In this document: positions 17,560 through 26,779 of the stretch, piece after piece
Layout of the letters: every line of letters starts with the position of its first letter
How positions within the stretch are numbered: position 1 is the first letter of the stretch
From: Pseudomonadota bacterium
GTDB lineage: Bacteria; Desulfobacterota; Anaeroferrophillalia; Anaeroferrophillales; Tharpellaceae
DNA length: 64,000 nucleotides
Reading direction: 5' to 3'
Assembly (NCBI GenBank): GCA_034659215.1
Contig: JAYEGS010000244.1
Location: 12,659-76,658 of the forward strand
The notes under the pieces: generated by a model
Told to the model about the DNA's origin: nothing
Databases searched by the model: none
Seen by the model: only the letters and a program-made list of their open reading frames with translations
Program-made: the position numbers and the translations under genes

Positions 17560-18333
17560 ATGGATAAATTAATAATCGCAGGACGTTCCTTCAACTCACG
17601 GTTGCTGGTCGGTACGGGCAAATTTGCCTCGAACCAGGCGATGGTCGCGGCCATGGAGAACTCCGGTTCTGAAATCGTTACGGTGGCTCTACGCCGGGTT
17701 GATATTGACAATCCTGCGGATTCGCTGCTCTCCCATATCGACCGAAACCGTTATCTGTTATTGCCGAATACCAGTGGGGCCCGCGATGCTGAAGAGGCGG
17801 TACGCTTGGCCCGGCTGGCTCGGGCGGCGGGCTGTGAACCCTGGATCAAGTTGGAAGTTACACCCGATCCTTACTACCTGCTCCCGGATCCGATTGAAAC
17901 CCTGAAAGCGGCGGAAATCATGGTTAAAGACGGTTTTATCGTGCTTCCCTACATGCCGGCGGATCCGGTTTTGGCCAAACATCTGGAAGAGGCTGGAGTC
18001 GCAACTTTGATGCCGCTTGGAGCGCCGATCGGCACCAATCGGGGGGTTCGCACTCGCGATCTCATTGCGATTATTATTGAGCAGGCGACGGTGCCGGTGG
18101 TTGTTGATGCCGGTCTCGGGGCACCCTCCCACGCAGCCGAAGCGATGGAGATGGGGGCGGATGCGGTTTTAGTAAATACCGCACTTGCTGATACTCCCGA
18201 TCCTGCGGCTATGGCCCGGGCTTTTTGCAAAGGGGTTGAAGCCGGACGTGAAGCCTATCTTGCCGGGCTCGGGCCGCAGCGCCAAAAAGCGGAAGCCTCC
18301 AGCCCTTTGACCGGTTTTTTAAGGAATAACTGA
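17560..18333 (+). CDS. thiG: thiazole synthase
   Basis: [22 protein letters not shown]...[13 protein letters not shown]... is a typical ThiG TIM-barrel sequence. Confidence 0.85.
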   Translation: MDKLIIAGRSFNSRLLVGTGKFASNQAMVAAMENSGSEIVTVALRRVDIDNPADSLLSHIDRNRYLLLPNTSGARDAEEAVRLARLARAAGCEPWIKLEVTPDPYYLLPDPIETLKAAEIMVKDGFIVLPYMPADPVLAKHLEEAGVATLMPLGAPIGTNRGVRTRDLIAIIIEQATVPVVVDAGLGAPSHAAEAMEMGADAVLVNTALADTPDPAAMARAFCKGVEAGREAYLAGLGPQRQKAEASSPLTGFLRNN

Positions 18334-19457
18334 TGAATTTTTTGTCACAATTGCAACAATATCCACAAAGCCAATTGCGCGAGCAAATTCTCTCCACAAC
18401 CGCATCGCAAATTGACCAGGCCTTGCGGCGGCAACGTTTAAGTCTGGAGGATTTTGCCTGTCTGCTTTCACCGCAGGTCAACGATGATCAGCTTGAGCAG
18501 ATGGCAAATCTGGCGCATCGGATTACGAGCCAACGTTTTGGCCGGATTATCCAACTTTATGCACCACTTTATCTCTCTAACGAATGTTGCAACGGCTGTA
18601 AGTATTGCGGTTTTAACGCCGACAATGATCTACCCCGCAAAACCTTATCGCTAGATGAGATTGAAAAAGATGCGAAAGTCCTACGCAAACAGGGCTTTCG
18701 TCACCTTCTGCTCTTGACCGGAGAGGCGCCGAAAGTGGCCGGAGTTGACTTTCTGGAAGCAGCCGTTAAGCGGATTAAACCGCTTTGCGGATCAATTTCG
18801 ATCGAAGTTTTTCCCATGGATAGGGACGGCTACACGCGGATGGTGGCGGCCGGGGTCGATGGTTTGACCGTCTATCAGGAAACCTACGATGCCGAGCTTT
18901 ATCGTGAACTGCATCCCTATGGGCCGAAAAGCAATTACAACTTTCGTCTTCAGGCACCGGAAGCGGCAGGAGAAGCCGGATTGCGGCGGATTGGTGTCGG
19001 TGCGCTGCTCGGGTTGGGAGATTGTCTGGCCGATGTGTTTTACACTGGTTTGCATGCTCTCTATCTGGCCCGACGTTTCTGGCGCACCCAAGTTACGATC
19101 TCTTTTCCCCGGTTGCGTCCGGCGGAAGGAGGTTTTCAGCCGCGCAGTCTGGTTTCCGACCGGCAACTGACCCAATTTATTTGTGCTCTGCGGCTCCTGA
19201 TTCATGATGCCGGGCTGATTCTTTCAACCCGCGAAAGTGCTGCGTTACGTGATAACCTGCTGCCGCTGGGAATCACTCAGATGAGCGCCGGTTCCTGCAC
19301 CGCCCCCGGCGGTTATAGTGACGATAGTAATGAAGGCGAACAATTTTCGATCAGCGATCACCGAAGCCCGGCCGAGCTGGCCGAACTTCTCGCGGCTCGC
19401 GGCTATGAAGCGGTCTGGAAGGATTGGGATAACGCCTTCCTCGAACAAGCTTCTTAA
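18333..19457 (+). CDS. thiH: 2-iminoacetate synthase (radical SAM)
   Basis: CNGCKYCGF radical-SAM cysteine motif and ThiH-like length. Overlaps the thiG stop. Confidence 0.8.
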   Translation: MNFLSQLQQYPQSQLREQILSTTASQIDQALRRQRLSLEDFACLLSPQVNDDQLEQMANLAHRITSQRFGRIIQLYAPLYLSNECCNGCKYCGFNADNDLPRKTLSLDEIEKDAKVLRKQGFRHLLLLTGEAPKVAGVDFLEAAVKRIKPLCGSISIEVFPMDRDGYTRMVAAGVDGLTVYQETYDAELYRELHPYGPKSNYNFRLQAPEAAGEAGLRRIGVGALLGLGDCLADVFYTGLHALYLARRFWRTQVTISFPRLRPAEGGFQPRSLVSDRQLTQFICALRLLIHDAGLILSTRESAALRDNLLPLGITQMSAGSCTAPGGYSDDSNEGEQFSISDHRSPAELAELLAARGYEAVWKDWDNAFLEQAS

Positions 19458-19496
19458 AAGTCTTATTTACACGAAAAGTAAAAAGGAGATAACATC

Positions 19497-21422
19497 ATGG
19501 CCGTTGACCCGGGAATAAAAATTTTGCTGGTCGAAGATGCCGGTACGATGCGGAAGATGGAAGTTCGCATTTTGAATCAGTTGGGTTTTATTAATGTTGT
19601 CGAGGCTGTAGATGGAAAAAATGCGGTTGAAAAACTGGAGCAGGAGGCGGGGATTCAACTGGTTATCAGCGATTGGGCGATGCCCGAGATGGACGGTCAT
19701 GAACTGTTGTGTTGGATGCGGCAGCAGACGTCATTCAAAGATATTCCTTTTCTTATGGCCACCGGACACGGTGATAAGGCATACACTGCCCAGGCGCTGG
19801 AAAGCGGGGCTAACGGGGTAGTGCCCAAGCCTTTTAGTCCTGACGAATTGCGTACCCATATTGACAAGACGTTCGGTATCGAGGAAGAACCAGCCCCTAC
19901 GCTTGAAACTCGTCCGAAAATCAGTGCTGCCGGTAAAGTGCATCTGAAGATGGCCCATATTCAAATTACCGACCACCTTACACTCGGGGTTGCGCAACAC
20001 CTGATCAAAACGGGAAAGAGTTCGCCTGAGCATTTCGATCTTGAGACTTTGTGTATGCCGAGTTGGAATCCGGTTCAGGCCGCTCTCGAAAATGGCGAGG
20101 TTGACGGTGCCTTTATTCTGGCCCCTATGGCGATGGATCTTTTCAGCTATGGGGTGCCGATTCGCATGGTTTTACTGGCCCACCGCAACGGCAGTATTAT
20201 GGTGCGCAATAAAGCGATTAAATACAATAAACCCTACCAGCAGTTTTTCAAGCACAAAGCCTTTTTTATTCCCCATAAAATGTCGATTCACAATATGCTC
20301 AGCCATATGTATTTTACCCAAATGGGGTTGCGGCCCGGCGTCGCCGGGAATGAAGCGGTTAATGTGCTGTTTGATGTGGTGCCGCCGGTTCAGATGCCGA
20401 ATTTTCTGTCCGAGAGTCTGGATGCCAGCGGTTTTATGGTGGCTGAGCCGATCGGCTCTCGGGCCATTGCCGCAGGTATTGCCGAACGCCAGCTCCTTTC
20501 GAGCGAACTTTGGGACAACCATCCTTGCTGTGTGGCGGTTTTTCGCCAAGAGTTCATTGATGAGTATGGGCACGCGGTGCAGGAATGTGTCAACCTGCTG
20601 GTCGAGTCCGGTAAATTTATCCGGGACAACGTGGATACAGCGGCGCAGATTGCGGTCGGTTTTCTCGATCCCAAGAAAGAGCTTGGGCTTAAAGAGGCGG
20701 TTCTTAAAAACGTACTTTCCGATCCCAAAGGGATCAAGACCGACAATCTCTATCCCGTCATCGAGGAACTTAATACTATTCAGGAGTACATGACCTCTAA
20801 AATGGGGGTCGGACGAATTATTGATCTGCATAAATTTGTCGACATGAGATTTGCCGATATTGCTTGCAAAGATGATCTTAAGGGCCGGGCTGCGGGGGAA
20901 GGCGCGAGTGTCGGGGCTCAGCGTTTGCCTGCATTTGAGTCCGGTGGCGCCAAAAAAGTTCGCGAAGGGAAATATCTGACTTTCGATCTCGGGGATGAGT
21001 GTTACGGCATTAATATTATGGATATTCGGGAGATTGTCGGGTTGCTGCCGATTACGCAACTGCCGCAAATGCCTGCCGCCTTTATGGGGGTGGTTAAACT
21101 TCGAGATAAAGTTATTCCGGTGATGGACATGCGGAAAAAGTTCGGTTTGGAAGAGACGGACTACCACGCCCGTACCTGCATCGTCATCATTGAGGTGTCC
21201 GGTCTTTCCGGTTCAACCCTTATGGGCGGCATCGTTGATTCCGTCTCTGAAGTGCGTCAGATTATGGATAAGGATATTGAAGATCCTCCCAAAATTGGCA
21301 CTAGTCGTGAAGGCGGGTTTATTCTCGGTATAGCTAAAACGGGAAAAAAAGTGACTATTCTCTTAGAGATCGACCGGATTCTACACGCCCAGGAGGTTGT
21401 CCAACTCGCCCAGGCGGGGTGA
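19497..21422 (+). CDS. response-regulator receiver - NMT1/ThiY/SsuA-like binding-protein-fold domain - CheW domain fusion
   Basis: REC domain: ILLVEDAGTMR...VISDWAMPEMDG...KPF. The middle ~330 aa resemble NitT/TauT-THI5 periplasmic-binding-like proteins. C-terminal CheW: KYLTFDLGDECYGINIMDIREIV...VIPVMDMRKKFG. Confidence 0.65.
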   Translation: MAVDPGIKILLVEDAGTMRKMEVRILNQLGFINVVEAVDGKNAVEKLEQEAGIQLVISDWAMPEMDGHELLCWMRQQTSFKDIPFLMATGHGDKAYTAQALESGANGVVPKPFSPDELRTHIDKTFGIEEEPAPTLETRPKISAAGKVHLKMAHIQITDHLTLGVAQHLIKTGKSSPEHFDLETLCMPSWNPVQAALENGEVDGAFILAPMAMDLFSYGVPIRMVLLAHRNGSIMVRNKAIKYNKPYQQFFKHKAFFIPHKMSIHNMLSHMYFTQMGLRPGVAGNEAVNVLFDVVPPVQMPNFLSESLDASGFMVAEPIGSRAIAAGIAERQLLSSELWDNHPCCVAVFRQEFIDEYGHAVQECVNLLVESGKFIRDNVDTAAQIAVGFLDPKKELGLKEAVLKNVLSDPKGIKTDNLYPVIEELNTIQEYMTSKMGVGRIIDLHKFVDMRFADIACKDDLKGRAAGEGASVGAQRLPAFESGGAKKVREGKYLTFDLGDECYGINIMDIREIVGLLPITQLPQMPAAFMGVVKLRDKVIPVMDMRKKFGLEETDYHARTCIVIIEVSGLSGSTLMGGIVDSVSEVRQIMDKDIEDPPKIGTSREGGFILGIAKTGKKVTILLEIDRILHAQEVVQLAQAG

Positions 21423-21486
21423 TGCCTGAGGTGAAAGTGGCCCTGTTTACTGTTTTCTTAGTTGGCTCAGGGAGGCCACAAGCCTT

Positions 21487-23247
21487 CTAGTCTATCTCCA
21501 ATGGCACCAGTGAGCGTTTACGGACATCAAAAAGCCCTTTGTCGGTTAGGCGCAGGAAGGGGAGGCCGGTAAAGGCTAAAGTCTGGTAGTGGAAGAAGGG
21601 GTTGTCAAGTTTTGAGCCGAGAGTGGTTAAAGCCTCGACAATCTGTTCTTCACGGGTTAGAATTTCGCGCAAACCCAGATCTGCCATGATTCCGCCAATC
21701 GGTAGCGGGAGTTCGGCCAGGATCCGGCTTTTCTCAACCACAACAATTCCACCCTTTATTTCAAGCAGGCGATTAAAGGCGCATGCCATCTCCTCCTCGT
21801 TACAGCCGATGACGGTTGGCTGATAACATTCCCAGTTTAATGTCGAAGCCCAGGCCCCACGTTGGATTCCGGTACCGGCGAGAAAACCGCGAGCGATGCG
21901 CTTGCTGCCGTAACGGTCAAACACGACATATTTAATTATGTCTTGAAGCGGGTCGGCGAGAATATTGCCCTGTTCGATTTTCAGGGTTGGGGTTACTTCG
22001 TGGGTCACCATACTGCCGATTTCCGGTTTGATCGCCCGCACCTTGACCTGGTTACTTTTGGCTGTCGGATAGAGAAAGGTTGCCGCCGTAACCGGTTTTA
22101 AGGGGAGCGAGTTGTACGCCGCCGGCGGGTAACTGTAAGGCGTGTAACTTGCGGTATTTTTTAATTCGCCCTGGTCGGCGCGAACCTCTCCTCGGCAGAG
22201 AACCACCCGTGGCGTAAATTTTTCCAGTTGCGGGACAATCAGAATGTCGGCCCGCCGCCCCGGTGCCAGAGCCCCAATATCCTGGCGCTGAAAGGCTTCG
22301 GCGGCATTTAAGGTCAGCATCTGAACCACCGTAAGTGGATCGAAACCTAAACTTACCGCCTTTTGTCCCAAGCTGTCGAGATGGCCTTCGTTAAGCAACC
22401 ATGAAGGGGTGACGCCGTCGGTTGAGATGCTCATCCGGCGGCTTTCCCGGGTCAGCTCTTTTACCGGGGCAACCCCGGCGAGATCACGGCGGATGCTGCC
22501 TTCTCGGATCATCAGATGGAGGCCGAGACGCAGGCGGTCAAGGGCTTGTTCGGGATTGATCGGTTCATGGCAGGAGCTGATACCGGCGGCGACAAAGGCG
22601 TTGAGTTGCGCTTCTTTGGCTCCGGCCGAATGGCCTTGAACCGGTTTATTGTAGTGGTGGGCCAGAGCGAGAAGTTCTAAAGTGCGCTCATCGGCCGCTA
22701 AAATATCGGGCCAGTAGGCTTCGCCGATTCCGGCAATTTTTTTATTTTGAAAAAGTTCTTCGTACTCGGTCAAAGATATCGCGTAAGTGCTCTCAAAATC
22801 GGGATAGGTGGGAGAGAAGCAGGGGGCCGTGAAATTGAGATCTAAGGGCAGGCCGGCCGCCTCTTCCAGGAGCCAGCTTAAACCACGGCGTCCGAGACTA
22901 TTGCCGAGTTCGGTCGCTTCACTGAAAACCGTGGTCGTCCCATGCGGCAGAACTGCGGCGCAGAAATCGTGCAGACGAAAAACGTTGGCGATGTGGGTGT
23001 GGGTCTCGATGTAGCCGGGTAGGACAAAATCTCCTCTGGCATCAATGATTATGGTCTCCGGCCCGAGAGCCCCTGGGGGCAGTGTGCCGATACTGGCGAT
23101 TTTTCCATTACTGACCGTAATCGTGCTTTGCGGTTGAATCTCGGTGGTAAAAACATTTACCAGATTGGCATTGACAACGGCCAAGTCAGCCGCCTGTCGG
23201 CCCAGAGCCGTAGCGATCAGTTTTTTGGTTGTTTCGGTATCTTGCAT
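21487..23247 (-). CDS. ade: adenine deaminase (amidohydrolase superfamily)
   Basis: GYIETHTHI, HGTTTVFSEA and the ~586 aa length match the adenine deaminase family layout. Confidence 0.7.
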   Translation of the reverse strand: MQDTETTKKLIATALGRQAADLAVVNANLVNVFTTEIQPQSTITVSNGKIASIGTLPPGALGPETIIIDARGDFVLPGYIETHTHIANVFRLHDFCAAVLPHGTTTVFSEATELGNSLGRRGLSWLLEEAAGLPLDLNFTAPCFSPTYPDFESTYAISLTEYEELFQNKKIAGIGEAYWPDILAADERTLELLALAHHYNKPVQGHSAGAKEAQLNAFVAAGISSCHEPINPEQALDRLRLGLHLMIREGSIRRDLAGVAPVKELTRESRRMSISTDGVTPSWLLNEGHLDSLGQKAVSLGFDPLTVVQMLTLNAAEAFQRQDIGALAPGRRADILIVPQLEKFTPRVVLCRGEVRADQGELKNTASYTPYSYPPAAYNSLPLKPVTAATFLYPTAKSNQVKVRAIKPEIGSMVTHEVTPTLKIEQGNILADPLQDIIKYVVFDRYGSKRIARGFLAGTGIQRGAWASTLNWECYQPTVIGCNEEEMACAFNRLLEIKGGIVVVEKSRILAELPLPIGGIMADLGLREILTREEQIVEALTTLGSKLDNPFFHYQTLAFTGLPFLRLTDKGLFDVRKRSLVPLEID

Positions 23248-23331
23248 ATTTGTTCTCTTTTATCTTTGTGTTAGCACTAAATGAGAAATAACACAGAAAA
23301 ACCCCGCTGGCAACCATCTATCATTTTTATG

Positions 23332-23360
23332 TTGACAAAGATAATCTTGTTTAGTATGAA
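23332..23360 (+). promoter_or_regulatory. candidate sigma70 promoter for rubrerythrin (TTGACA-17-TATGAA)
   Basis: TTGACA at 23332..23337, a 17-nt spacer, then TATGAA. An imperfect palindrome TTAATGATCAAATTAA follows at 23388..23405 and may be an operator. Confidence 0.35.
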
Positions 23361-23423
23361 TTTGGCATGATTTACAGACGATACTATTTTTAATGATCAA
23401 ATTAATTTGTAAAGGAGATGATA

Positions 23424-23927
23424 ATGGGAAAGACACTGGAAAATTTACAGGCGGCATTTGCCGGAGAGAGTCAGGCCAATCGTAAATATCTTGCTTATGC
23501 GACCAAGGCTGATGCCGATGGTTTTTCACAGATTGCCAAGCTCTTTCGGGCTGCGGCCGCCGCTGAGACGGTGCATGCTCTTGGTCATTTCAAAGCGATG
23601 GACGGGGTTAGTGATACGGGTGCCAATTTGCGTGATGCGGTGGCTGGTGAAAGCCATGAGTTTAAGAATATGTATCCCGAATTTATCGCGACCGCCAAAG
23701 AAGAGGGTAACAAAAAAGCTTTGCGGATGTTTGAGTGGGCCAATACGGTTGAAGAGATTCACTTTGGTCTCTACGAGGAAGCATTGGCTACCTACGAGAA
23801 GGGTGGTGATTTGCCGGCAGATGATATTTGGGTTTGCAGCGTCTGCGGTAATACTGAGAGTGGTGATTGTCCGGACAAATGTAGCGTCTGCGGCGTTCCG
23901 GGGAGCAAGTTTAACAAAATTGACTGA
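23424..23927 (+). CDS. rbr: rubrerythrin
   Basis: N-terminal ferritin-like diiron motifs (E..ANRKYL, ...E..H). C-terminal rubredoxin-like CSVCGN...CSVCG. The ATG at 23424 sits 6 nt after AAAGGAG. Confidence 0.85.
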   Translation: MGKTLENLQAAFAGESQANRKYLAYATKADADGFSQIAKLFRAAAAAETVHALGHFKAMDGVSDTGANLRDAVAGESHEFKNMYPEFIATAKEEGNKKALRMFEWANTVEEIHFGLYEEALATYEKGGDLPADDIWVCSVCGNTESGDCPDKCSVCGVPGSKFNKID

Positions 23928-23957
23928 TTGGTTATAGGTCTATGAAAGTTATTTTTT

Positions 23958-23996
23958 AAAAAAGAGGGGGTGCTTACTGGCCCCCTCTTTTTTGTG
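23958..23996 (+). terminator. rho-independent terminator after rubrerythrin
   Basis: AAAAAAGAGGGGGTGCTTACTGGCCCCCTCTTTTTTG: a GC stem of 8-9 bp followed by a T-run. Confidence 0.7.
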
Positions 23997-24048
23997 CGAG
24001 ACATATGGGGGGGAAGTCATGAATGGTGAGCTGAAAAAAACTGGAAAT

Positions 24049-24807
24049 ATGCGGCTACGTTTGTTGGTGGCCCTTGGGGTTTTGGCACTCTCTTTTATCT
24101 TAAGCGGCAACCTCTTTGCCGGTAACAGTTTAATGGAGAGTGGCAAAAGTCTGCTTAACCAATTTGGTAAGTCGTCGGTTTCCGGGAAGACATTTGGTGG
24201 GCTCTCCGAGACAGAAATCGGGGCGGGATTGAAAGACGCTTTACGGGTGGGGAGTGAGACGGTGGTCGCACAACTCGGAAAAACGGATGGTTTTAATGCC
24301 GATTCGTTGATTCATATTCCGCTCCCGGAAAAACTTCAAACAGTGAAAAACGCGTTGGCGAAAGTCGGTTTATCGGATATGCTCGACGATCTTGAGTTGA
24401 AACTCAACCGGGCCGCCGAAGCGGCCACCCCGAAGGCCAAGGAACTGTTCGGCAATGCAATTGCCGAGATGTCTATAGATGATGTCCAGGCTATCTATTC
24501 CGGGCCGGAAGATGCCGCAACCCAATATTTTCGCAGCAAAATGACTCCGGAGTTGACCCGGGAGATGGTACCGGTGGTCGAAGAGAGTTTGTCTCAAGTG
24601 GGTGCGATTAAAGCCTATGATGAGGTGATGGGTCAGTATAAAAATATTCCCTTCATGCCCGACATTAAAGAGGATTTGAACGGCTATGTTGTTGAGAAAG
24701 GGATGGATGGAATTTTTTATTACCTGGCCCGCGAAGAGGCGGCGATTCGCTCTGACCCATTAAAACAGTCGACTGCGCTTCTTAAACGTCTCTTCGGGAG
24801 CCGGTAA
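24049..24807 (+). CDS. secreted DUF4197-like protein
   Basis: Signal peptide MRLRLLVALGVLALSFILSGNLFAG. The start is moved to 24049 because the ORF-track start overlaps the terminator hairpin. Confidence 0.5.
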   Translation: MRLRLLVALGVLALSFILSGNLFAGNSLMESGKSLLNQFGKSSVSGKTFGGLSETEIGAGLKDALRVGSETVVAQLGKTDGFNADSLIHIPLPEKLQTVKNALAKVGLSDMLDDLELKLNRAAEAATPKAKELFGNAIAEMSIDDVQAIYSGPEDAATQYFRSKMTPELTREMVPVVEESLSQVGAIKAYDEVMGQYKNIPFMPDIKEDLNGYVVEKGMDGIFYYLAREEAAIRSDPLKQSTALLKRLFGSR

Positions 24808-24861
24808 TATTTTCAGTAACTTTCAGCGTAATTAGAGAAGCTCTATGTATTGATAAAATTG

Positions 24862-24962
24862 ACTGATTTTCATATATCTCAGTTTCCTCATATCTTGCCC
24901 GGCGTATAGAGATAATTCTGGTGTTTTCACTGTGATACGTGATGACGGCTCGACAGCCTGTT
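24862..24962 (-). pseudogene. remnant of a brnT-brnA junction (BrnT C-terminal ~30 codons plus brnA start)
   Basis: About 100 bp are ~85% identical to 57440..57560. The encoded ...ITYHSENTRIISIRRARYEETEIYEN parallels ...ITYRGENTRIISVRRARYEEIKIYES. Confidence 0.6.
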
Positions 24963-25248
24963 GGCTCTGCCCTGACATAGTTACATAATAGAAGACCGGG
25001 AAGAGATTTTTCCCCGGTCTTCTCCATCCTTGATTACCATTTCCCCCTCCCCTGTTTTCATCTCAGTTTTTCTGATACCATCAAATTTGTTTTAATGCTG
25101 TAGGTTATTTCGGGCTCACTATTGACATACTGAAATAATCAAGTATAATAGTTCACATACAGTAATGAATGTCATTCATTTTTAGAAATACAAAAATAAT
25201 CGTCGATCATTGTCTTTCCACCTGTTCATTAGTCGAGGAGGTATTTTG

Positions 25249-26565
25249 ATGAAGACTGCAATAAAAGATCGCGCAATAACTGTAGTGCTGGCCGGCATAG
25301 GAATTAATTTGGCCTTGGGTATTCTTTATACCTGGAGTATCTTTAAAGGGGCAATTAAAGATTCAATAGTTAAAGGAGGGTCAACGGCTTTTGATTGGGA
25401 CATTGCTTCTCTCAACGATCCCTATGCCGTTTGTTGTTTGGTTTTTGCTTTTGTCATGATTCTGGCCGGTAAAATTCAGGATAGATTTGGACCACGGTTT
25501 ACGGCAACCATTGGTGGTCTATTGGTCGGCATAGGCTTTATCTGGGTGTCTCAGACAACGCAGTATGTTAGTTGGATTCTCGGGTTTGGTATCCTTGTTG
25601 GTGCGGGGATAGCTTTTGGTTACTCTTCAACTACTCCGGCGGCCATGAAATGGTATCCCCCAGATAAAATCGGCAAGGTAGCCGGAGTCGTAGTTGCAGG
25701 ATTTGGTTTAGCCTCAGTTTATATTGCACCCTTGGCTGACTACCTTCTCAATCACTGGGGATTACAGAAGGCCATGCTATTTTTTGGTATTGCTTTCATT
25801 TTAGTTGTGACTCTTCTGGCCACGTTTTTAGTGAATCCCCCTAAAGGTTTTAGTTGCCGCCGGGAAAGCGCCAATAAATATTACCGGACAAAAGTTGTTG
25901 GCAAAGAAGTGCCGCCACTGGAGATGATCAAAACCCCGGTTTTTTGGATGCTTTGGTTGCTGTATTTTGTCGGGGCTGGGGCCGGGCTGATGGTTATCGG
26001 TAGTGTGGCTGGTATGGCTAAGAATAGTTTGGGAACTAATGCTTTTCTGGCGGTGGCGATGCTGGCTGTCGGCAACGCGGCAGGAAGGGTAGTCGCGGGC
26101 ATTCTTTCCGATAAAATTGGTCGCAGAAAAACCCTCGGCCTTATGTTGTCTTTTCAGGCGGTGCTCATGTTTCTGGCCATTCCGGTTATTGGAAACAGTG
26201 ATTCAAATCCCTTCCTACTCGTGCTGCTGACCACCTTTATCGGATTTAATTATGGGTCAAATCTGGCTATTTTCCCCTCTTTCACCAAGAATCTTTGGGG
26301 GCTGAAAAATTTTGGTGTGAACTATGGTATTCTCTTTACCTCTTGGGGCGTTGGTGGCTTTGTGATGAGTCGGGTTTCTCAGGTTCTGATGAGTAAAACC
26401 GGCAGTTATGAGTCGTCATTTATTGCTGCCGGGCTGCTGCTGATAGCTGGTATAATCATGACGATATTGATAAAAAATAAGAAAGGTGAGGCTCGAAAAA
26501 AAGTACAGAGACCGGACAAGGCTACGGCAACTGGAGTTGTTCCCGTTTTGCGCTACAATAAATAG
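25249..26565 (+). CDS. MFS transporter (oxalate/formate antiporter-like)
   Basis: 12 predicted TM segments with the MFS loop motif GKIQDRFGPR. GGAGG lies 9 nt before the ATG at 25249. Confidence 0.7.
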   Translation: MKTAIKDRAITVVLAGIGINLALGILYTWSIFKGAIKDSIVKGGSTAFDWDIASLNDPYAVCCLVFAFVMILAGKIQDRFGPRFTATIGGLLVGIGFIWVSQTTQYVSWILGFGILVGAGIAFGYSSTTPAAMKWYPPDKIGKVAGVVVAGFGLASVYIAPLADYLLNHWGLQKAMLFFGIAFILVVTLLATFLVNPPKGFSCRRESANKYYRTKVVGKEVPPLEMIKTPVFWMLWLLYFVGAGAGLMVIGSVAGMAKNSLGTNAFLAVAMLAVGNAAGRVVAGILSDKIGRRKTLGLMLSFQAVLMFLAIPVIGNSDSNPFLLVLLTTFIGFNYGSNLAIFPSFTKNLWGLKNFGVNYGILFTSWGVGGFVMSRVSQVLMSKTGSYESSFIAAGLLLIAGIIMTILIKNKKGEARKKVQRPDKATATGVVPVLRYNK

Positions 26566-26655
26566 TGCGCGGCCGAAAACCGCCAATTTCCTCGATTGCG
26601 GCGACCATCGGGAGTGCCGGCAGTGCGTTAGGCTCAAATTTTAATCCTCAAAATA

Positions 26656-26691
26656 CTTAATCACAGGGTCAGTTCTGACCCTGTGATTAAG
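26656..26691. repeat. perfect 17-bp palindrome CTTAATCACAGGGTCAG-TT-CTGACCCTGTGATTAAG
   Basis: Read directly from the sequence. No T-tract follows on either strand. Confidence 0.8.
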
Positions 26692-26699
26692 TTTCTCGC

Positions 26700-26770
26700 T
26701 ATCCTTGCATGCCCGACGTTAAAGAGGATTTGAACGGCTATGTTGTTGAGAAGGGAATGGATGGAATTTT
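26700..26770 (+). repeat. ~70-bp duplicate of the 3' part of the DUF4197 gene (copy of 24655..24727)
   Basis: CCCGACGTTAAAGAGGATTTGAACGGCTATGTTGTTGAGAAGGGAATGGATGGAATTTTTAT matches 24658..24722, then diverges. Confidence 0.75.
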
Positions 26771-26779
26771 TATTGACTG

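Noticed and set aside
20041-21167. ORFs 20041..20793 (+), 20172..21167 (-), 20390..20746 (-) inside the REC-CheW gene
   Set aside because: Alternate-frame ORFs within a well-supported 641-aa gene, with no motifs and a biased composition.
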